Source: Desulfonatronovibrionaceae bacterium
GTDB taxonomy: Bacteria; Desulfobacterota; Desulfovibrionia; Desulfovibrionales; Desulfonatronovibrionaceae
DNA length: 45,349 bases
Direction of reading: 5' to 3'
NCBI GenBank assembly: GCA_046539845.1
Contig: JBKHGE010000017.1
Span: 1 to 45,349 of the forward strand
In this document: positions 40,501 through 45,349 of the stretch, piece by piece
Numbering within the stretch: position 1 is the stretch's first letter
How the letters are laid out: every line of letters starts with the position of its first letter
Notes under the pieces: model-generated
Database searches by the model: none
What the model saw: only the letters and a program-made list of their open reading frames with translations
Told to the model about the DNA's origin: nothing
Program-made: the position numbers and the translations under genes

Positions 40501-40706
40501 TCCACATTCCACATGGGATTTCTGAGCACCTTGCCCAGCTCCTGGGTCCGGGAGCGGGCCTTGTCCAAAAGCTCCCTTTCCGCCTGGTGCAGATACAGGG
40601 TCACCAGCACCGCGCCGAGTACGACAATAACCAAGCTCAGGCTGATCGAAAGCCAGAGGATGAGGTCGTTGACTACGCTTCTTTTCAGACCGATTTTTCT
40701 GAACAT
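37533..40706 (-). CDS. Hybrid sensor histidine kinase (TM-HAMP-PAS-HisKA-HATPase-REC-REC-Hpt)
   Basis: FLANMSHEIRTPMNG, NALKFT, DTGRG, GGTGLGL, two receivers (ITDFRMP, LMDVQMP), AHSLKGS Hpt. Start placed at MFRKIG. Confidence 0.95.
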   Translation of the reverse strand: MFRKIGLKRSVVNDLILWLSISLSLVIVVLGAVLVTLYLHQAERELLDKARSRTQELGKVLRNPMWNVDREGVKRIADAYLQGEFVAGISVSETGEAFADGGSRVVYKKGALDTPGLIREEIDIRRKGQSLGRATLTFSREPLHWTSGLIIRTVFLLTAAVILSIYIITRIILHRMLYIRLRDLVFGFRDIAAGNYQERLESLPQHDLNALNTEVNNMARQIEAREQALEQEISERKTAERALKDSERRYRSIFENSLDGIFQISPDGEFLNVNPATAEIMGFDSTQKFMREVENIRDIFAHRTEAEEFLRRLLEKGRVENIERRARKKDGTHIWLQIQAQAVGGREDEPEYLEGFAKDVTARKLAEEELREMNRDLERRVAERTRDLEKANQDLLAAKEQADAAAMAKSRFLANMSHEIRTPMNGIITSAELAMQEEMPEKTRRYLSIIKRSGEQLLGSVNDILDFSKADAGQMQLENHGFDLREVLESCVSGFEHKAKEKNVELLIDLQPDLPRDLVGDSLRLRQIMSNFLSNALKFTGRDGVVVLSVRRCTGDAADDIRLEFAVTDTGRGMSEEEQSLLFQPFSQADASTTRKYGGTGLGLAICKQLVELMQGEIGVRSKLHQGSRFYVRVPLGVQKDSRPLHRRMPEEAGVHRVLVVDDCEEVVSLISRILANSGLEVEGYTSPEDVLDRLEREDSICDFDLLITDFRMPQINGLKLCAELKKKCGRQKPVLMISAYESEVSAADMKQAGVDSFLAKPLNQSLIMDTLAGLFRPEKREEKRREKAMSAMDMRKKKLSGLRVLVAEDNAINQEIIRDVLENAGLECLMAENGRQALDTVKEQAVDVVLMDVQMPKMDGFEATRRIQEELGEKAPPVVAMTAHALKGDAERCLRAGMTGYVSKPISQEVLYDALWDAVQRSRSRVLASAEQPAAYGRDPEFSPDKKVVDLDAALEELGVGRESVLRVLAKFRDKYRDIAERFRSLAASGDWAELHDLAHSLKGSAGQLRLEAVQQAAYSLELAAKGGEVDQVEIEKGISDLEKTISAMVRELDAL

Positions 40707-40766
40707 AGGTTTTGATCTGGGCTGTCCGACTGTTGAAAAGCACCTCGGGCCCCAGGAGCTGCAAAA

Positions 40767-40929
40767 CCCTAGGGGAAGGCGCAAAAAAAGGCCAAGGCTA
40801 AAGCGTACTTATCTGAAGGTAAGGACTTTAACTTTTTTTGCTTTGCTACCCTTAGGGAATTCAAGGGCAGCCTGCTGAAGAATCTATTCTTTTCCTCTTT
40901 GCTGCCCTTCGAGGTTCCTCAACGGGCTG
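40767..40929. repeat. Cluster of imperfect inverted repeats (MITE/IS-end-like or structured RNA)
   Basis: CCCTAGGGG...GCAAAAAAAG / CTTTTTTTGC...CCCTTAGGG; AAGGGCAGC / GCTGCCCTT; CAGCCTGCTGAAGAA / TTCCTCAACGGGCTG. Confidence 0.5.
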
Positions 40930-41565
40930 ACAAGGCTTTCGCGCCGCAAGTCCGACAAGGGTCAAAAATGCTGTTAAAGCGGGACTTATACTACATTATT
41001 TACGTCAGCCTGCCCCTATATAAATTAAATGTCAATAATCCCTCTGATTTTTAGATGCTCTAAGAGGCTGCAGAGGCCCAGCGGAAGCACGCCCCCCTGG
41101 TTCTTTTAAATCGCCCCAGGCTGAAAACCCAATAAAAAGATCGGCCCTGCCGGGCTCCTGACCAGAAACAATGCCGAGGAAGACCCTGAAGATATCCGCG
41201 GGGCACTTATTAACCAGGTAAACAATTTTCAGGCCAGGCGAACTCTTGCGTTGCATACTGTCAAAACAGGACGAAGCCGTAAAGGACATACACAACCACC
41301 TTATAAGGCCTGACCCTTGGTTGACAGTTCCTGCTCTCTATGCTCTGCCTTATTCACTTGATTAATAATATTTCTGGCCAACATCTGGCATTTTGCTTGC
41401 TTTACGATTTGCAAAGGCCGGATTGTCTTTTTTCTGTGAAGGATCCGGCCCTTGACGGGGACGAAGTGCGCCCGGAGGCAGCCCTTCCCCCGGCAGACAA
41501 AAAGCTGACACCCCCTGCTTTTGACCGCGTTTAAACGCCAGGGTTGAAAGAAATTGGATCCGCAC

Positions 41566-42180
41566 ATGGCTATTGAGGAAAAAAACTTTTTTCAGCCCGG
41601 CAAAAAGGCCCGGATCCTCTATTTGCTTGAGACTTTGAGACTGGACAGTCGGATAAATCAGAGCGAACTGGGGCGGCGGGTCGGTTTGAGCGGGGCAATG
41701 GTCAATTCATATATCAAGCAGCTCCAAAAAGAGGGGCTCTTGAGGCTGGAGCCTGTAAACGGCAAGAGTTATGCTTACCTGCTGACCCCCAAGGGGGAGG
41801 AGGCCCGCACCGAAATGTTTGGGGAGTACGGCTCCGAAGTGATACGCATATATGCCTCGCTTAAGCAAAAGATACGAGACGGCTTGGAGAGGCTTAAAGA
41901 CTCGGGAGCAAAACGAATCGTACTCTTCGGGGCCTCCGAGATCTGCGAGGCGGCGCTCTTTGCCCTGCAGGAAACCACACTTTGCATCATTGCGGTGGTG
42001 GACAACGATCCCGGCAAACAGGGTCAGGTAATACAGGGAATAGTGGTTTCCCCTCCGGAAATAATGTGCACTATCCGCTTCGACGCAGTGCTCATAACCT
42101 CTCTTGCCCAGCACCAGGCCGTTAAGAATCAACTCGCTTCCCTGCTTGAAAAGAAAAAAATAAAGGTCATGGGGCTTTAA
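41566..42180 (+). CDS. Winged-helix (MarR-like, EPS-associated) regulator with a C-terminal Rossmann-like domain
   Basis: INQSELGRRVGLSGAMVNSYIK, YAYLLTPKG, RIVLFGA, VVDND. Confidence 0.82.
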   Translation: MAIEEKNFFQPGKKARILYLLETLRLDSRINQSELGRRVGLSGAMVNSYIKQLQKEGLLRLEPVNGKSYAYLLTPKGEEARTEMFGEYGSEVIRIYASLKQKIRDGLERLKDSGAKRIVLFGASEICEAALFALQETTLCIIAVVDNDPGKQGQVIQGIVVSPPEIMCTIRFDAVLITSLAQHQAVKNQLASLLEKKKIKVMGL

Positions 42181-43232
42181 TGCAGACAAAACAGATATCC
42201 TTGCCCCGGAGGGGCAAAATCGGACCCGGCCGGCCGTGTTTTGTTGTCGCGGAGATCGGAAACAACCATCAAGGCAAATTCGACCTGGCCCGGGAAATGG
42301 TTTTATCCGCGGCCGAGGCCGGAGTTGACGGGGTTAAATTCCAAAAGCGCGATATCCAAAGCCTTTTAACCGCAGAAGGTCAAAACGCCCCTTATATCGG
42401 GCAAAACAGTTTCGGGCTTACCTACGGGGAACACCGGCAGGCCCTAGAGCTCGAAGTCCAGGAAATGGCTAAATTAAAAGAGCTAGCCCACCGGCTGGGT
42501 CTTGTCTTTTTCGCCTCCGCCTGGGATGAAACAAGCGCAAATCAGATGCAAAAGATCGGATGGGATATGGCCAAGATCTGTTCCGCTGACCTAGTGAACG
42601 TCCCCCTCTTACGCCGAGTGGGGAAGATGGGGATCCCCGTGGTCCTTTCCACCGGCATGTCTGATTGGGCGGAGATTGACCACGCTGTGGCCGAGCTGAA
42701 GCACTTCCACAGCCGGATAATCCTTTTGCACTGCAACAGCTCCTATCCCTGCCCCCCGAAAGATATCGGGCTCCCAGTCATGGACATGCTGTGGGAAAGA
42801 TACGGGCTCCCTGTGGGTTATTCCGGGCATGAACACGGGTTCGCCCCCACTCTGGCCGCAGTGGCCCGTGGGGCCTGCATAGTGGAGCGGCATTTCACCA
42901 TGAACAAAAACCTCCCCGGGACCGATCATCAGGTGTCTCTGGAACCGGAGGAACTGCGCTCACTCACGGCCATGATCCGGGAAGTGGAAAAGTCCATGCA
43001 AGTCCGGGACAAAATGGTCTCCGAAAAAGAGGCGGCCGCGGCTTTGAAACTCAGAAAGAGCATTGTGGCTGCCCGGGATATAGAGGCGGGGCACAGGCTC
43101 ACGGAAAAGGATCTAACCGTAAAAAGCCCGGGAACCGGTATGAGCCCGCTTAAATGGGACGAGGTTGTGGGGAAAAAAACCCGGGTCCAAATACCACGTG
43201 ACCGGCAGCTAAGCCCTGAACTTATCAGATAG
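42180..43232 (+). CDS. N-acetylneuraminate synthase family protein (NeuB/PseI/LegI) with SAF domain
   Basis: VAEIGNNHQG, VKFQKR, LSTGM, LHCNSSYP, GYSGHE, ERHFT, DHQVSL, RKSIVAARDI. Confidence 0.93.
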   Translation: MQTKQISLPRRGKIGPGRPCFVVAEIGNNHQGKFDLAREMVLSAAEAGVDGVKFQKRDIQSLLTAEGQNAPYIGQNSFGLTYGEHRQALELEVQEMAKLKELAHRLGLVFFASAWDETSANQMQKIGWDMAKICSADLVNVPLLRRVGKMGIPVVLSTGMSDWAEIDHAVAELKHFHSRIILLHCNSSYPCPPKDIGLPVMDMLWERYGLPVGYSGHEHGFAPTLAAVARGACIVERHFTMNKNLPGTDHQVSLEPEELRSLTAMIREVEKSMQVRDKMVSEKEAAAALKLRKSIVAARDIEAGHRLTEKDLTVKSPGTGMSPLKWDEVVGKKTRVQIPRDRQLSPELIR

Positions 43233-43363
43233 CTGGCCTCAATAATCAGTTCGCAACGGCACCGGGAGACTGAGGGAAGGACCTCTTTTTCCCCGTTCTG
43301 CGGTTCCGCGTCTCCGGGAAAATAAAGACCCCCCGCAGGGACACAAAAAAAAAGGTTCACCCC

Positions 43364-44320
43364 ATGCGCATACTGATGCTGGCCATAAATGACCCGGCTG
43401 GCACGGGTATCGCCTTTACCCGGGCCGTGAACAGGCATACCGAACACTCCTGCCGCCTTCTGACCCGGGAGATCCGCTATAATTTCATGTTCGAGAAAGA
43501 CCTGCACCTGCCCTGGCTGGATTCGGTCGGCCTGGAAGAGGTCTCTGAACTGCTCAGTAAAAGCGATATCTTTCATTTCCACATGACCGCGGACGAAAAC
43601 ACTCGTTTTGGGCCATTTGTACCGGCGGAACATATGCAGGGCAAAGCCGTAATACATCACCATCACGGTCACCCGGATTTTCGCAGCACCCCGGGAAAAT
43701 TTAGGGGAAAATACGCGGAGAGAAACCGCAAAAACCTCCTGGCAAGCACCCCGGATCTTTTGAAGCTCCTGCCCGAGGCCAGATGGCAACCCAATGTGGT
43801 CCCGGAGAATGATCCGCTTTACAACCAGGCGAAGGGAAAACCGGATTTACCCGTCCGCCTTGTCCACTCCCCGACCCGCACAGAACTAAAAGACACAGAC
43901 AGGTATCAAGGCTGTGTAAACGAACTCATCCGGGAAATTCCGGGAAAAATCGAGTCGGATATAATCCGCAACACCCCACACGTTGAATGCCTGCAACGCA
44001 AACAAAGGGGCCATATCCTTTTTGATCACCTGCAAGGTTATTTCGGGGTGAGCAGCCTGGAGGGACTGGCCCAGGGTCTTTGCACCATAGCCGGACTGGA
44101 TAAATGGAATAGGGAGCATATACAAAAATTCGCGGGAGTGGCTAAACTGCCCTGGTTCATTTCTTCCCCGCAGGCCTTAAAAAACGATCTAAAGACACTC
44201 ATCCGGGACAGGGACATGCGCGAAGAGTTGGGGCAATATTCCCGGACATTCATGGTTAAATACTGGCCGGAGGAAAAGGTTGTCCGCTACTTGGTGGATT
44301 TTTATCAGAATTTGAAGTAA
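43364..44320 (+). CDS. Putative GT-B glycosyltransferase
   Basis: MRILML start, HSPT...K, FDHL..YFGVSSLEGLAQG, C-terminal ELGQYSRTFM. Located in the NeuB cluster. Confidence 0.7.
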   Translation: MRILMLAINDPAGTGIAFTRAVNRHTEHSCRLLTREIRYNFMFEKDLHLPWLDSVGLEEVSELLSKSDIFHFHMTADENTRFGPFVPAEHMQGKAVIHHHHGHPDFRSTPGKFRGKYAERNRKNLLASTPDLLKLLPEARWQPNVVPENDPLYNQAKGKPDLPVRLVHSPTRTELKDTDRYQGCVNELIREIPGKIESDIIRNTPHVECLQRKQRGHILFDHLQGYFGVSSLEGLAQGLCTIAGLDKWNREHIQKFAGVAKLPWFISSPQALKNDLKTLIRDRDMREELGQYSRTFMVKYWPEEKVVRYLVDFYQNLK

Positions 44321-44328
44321 AATAAAGT

Positions 44329-44356
44329 TTATATGTTTAAACCCCCTAACATATAA
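44329..44356. promoter_or_regulatory. Inverted repeat, candidate TA operator
   Basis: TTATATGTT-N10-AACATATAA, 13 bp upstream of the ATG at 44370. Confidence 0.5.
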
Positions 44357-44369
44357 GGGTTACACCCAA

Positions 44370-44678
44370 ATGGATAAAAAATTTACTAATGAAGCCCTGG
44401 AAGTGCTTTATAATCTGGCAAAATATTATGTGTGGTGGAAAACTCCGGAAGATGCACTAAAGCACCCGGAAATAATAATCTCCCAGGTAATGAATATTGG
44501 AGATTACTCTGACGTCCAAAAAATGGACCATACAGTCAGCAAGGAATACATGCGTCAAGTACTTCTTCAGGCCTACGCCGGGCAATTCGACAAAAAATCA
44601 TGGCATTACTGGCATTACCGGCTCGGGTTGGCCGCTCCAGGCAATGTCCCTCCCCTGCCGCAAAGAAATTTGACATGA
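44370..44678 (+). CDS. Small putative antitoxin partner (DUF6922-like)
   Basis: 102 aa with YVWW, IISQVMNIGDYSD, SWHYW. ATGA overlap with the downstream nucleotidyltransferase. Confidence 0.7.
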   Translation: MDKKFTNEALEVLYNLAKYYVWWKTPEDALKHPEIIISQVMNIGDYSDVQKMDHTVSKEYMRQVLLQAYAGQFDKKSWHYWHYRLGLAAPGNVPPLPQRNLT

Positions 44679-45340
44679 TAAAGTTGCAAACCCATTATGA
44701 AATTTTACCTCCGTCCCAAAGGAGCATATGGCCCGAACTAAAGGCACTAAAAAATATGGGATTCGTCCTTTATGGGGATACAGCTATAGCCTTGCGTTTA
44801 GGGCATAGGATATCCGTTGACTTTGATTTTTATACTAACGCACCGTTACAAAAAGAAGAGCTTTTGTCTCTGCCTTTCCTGTCCAAGATAAACCTTCTTC
44901 AAGACGAAAAAAACACCCTTACTGTGCAAATATCCGACGAAACCGATCCGGTAAAAATTTCTTTTTTCGGCGGGATTAGCACCGGACGAATCACCCCTCC
45001 AGACATTACTGAGGATAACGTACTCTATGTCGCTTCAGAGAAGGATTTGCTGGCTCACAAGCTCAAATTGATCATCCAACGTCCCCTGGCCAAAGATTAT
45101 ATGGATATAGCCTTTCTTCTAAGGGCCGGGAATGATCTTGCCCAAGGCTTGGCCGCCGCCCGAAAGATGTGGTCGGAGTTCCAGCCAGCCATCTCATTAA
45201 AGGCCCTGACATTCTTTGAAGACGGAGATCTGGACACGCTTCCTCAGTCCTACAAAGGACAGCTTATCCGCGAGGCCTCATCTGTCGGGGACCTACCGGA
45301 AGTGGAACTGGACAGCCAATCTCTTGCCAGCGGATTATAA
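44675..45340 (+). CDS. AbiEii/AbiGii-family nucleotidyltransferase toxin
   Basis: FVLYGDTAIALRLGHRISVDFDF, AHKL, QR..AKDYMD. Confidence 0.85.
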   Translation: MIKLQTHYEILPPSQRSIWPELKALKNMGFVLYGDTAIALRLGHRISVDFDFYTNAPLQKEELLSLPFLSKINLLQDEKNTLTVQISDETDPVKISFFGGISTGRITPPDITEDNVLYVASEKDLLAHKLKLIIQRPLAKDYMDIAFLLRAGNDLAQGLAAARKMWSEFQPAISLKALTFFEDGDLDTLPQSYKGQLIREASSVGDLPEVELDSQSLASGL

Positions 45341-45349
45341 CCTCTGGAC

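Noticed and set aside
41032..41567. Short ORFs (87, 88, 64, 67 aa) between the kinase and the wHTH regulator
   Set aside because: No recognisable motifs, weak or absent RBS, and several overlap each other. Probably non-coding regulatory DNA.
538..44320. Many long overlapping or antisense ORFs in the six-frame track (e.g. 21567-22334, 22462-23307, 30472-31305, 36109-36984, 42929-43789)
   Set aside because: They are shadow ORFs of well-supported genes, expected in GC-rich DNA, and have no domain signatures.

Overview
Mostly core chromosome of a GC-rich sulfate-reducing deltaproteobacterium, most likely Desulfovibrionales. This is an inference from the AhbB siroheme decarboxylase, the DcrA-type haem-c chemoreceptor with a tetrahaem cytochrome, and the acs/LytTR pair. 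The left edge is an AT-rich segment with GGGACA direct repeats next to the 3' end of tRNA-Leu(TAA), probably the end of an integrated element. Core genes follow: AlkP-family/UvrD/thiL/TrmO-aldolase fusion, metK/DUF502/panD/panC, an Fe-S CCG protein, Opp/Dpp permeases, gpsA and ahbB. Next come a disrupted FlgT-like/lipoprotein pair, cytochrome c plus haem-MCP, a Rho-N protein and DciA-like gene, a CgeB-like glycosyltransferase with recN, pyrK/pyrD, an HD protein with a degenerate CCA-type head, rlmN, hisI/hisG, a TPR lipoprotein, a B12 radical SAM protein, acs, a LytTR regulator, DUF296-umuD-umuC and a hybrid histidine kinase. The right end holds a wHTH/NeuB/glycosyltransferase cluster and an AT-rich AbiEii-type toxin-antitoxin pair. 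I see no CRISPR array, rRNA or intact transposase. The best leads are the TrmO(SAM-binding)-class II aldolase fusion, an rlmN that appears to start at ATA, the CCA-like protein with a degenerate polymerase head but intact HD domain, and a structured ~160-nt leader upstream of gpsA. None can be called novel without database searches.
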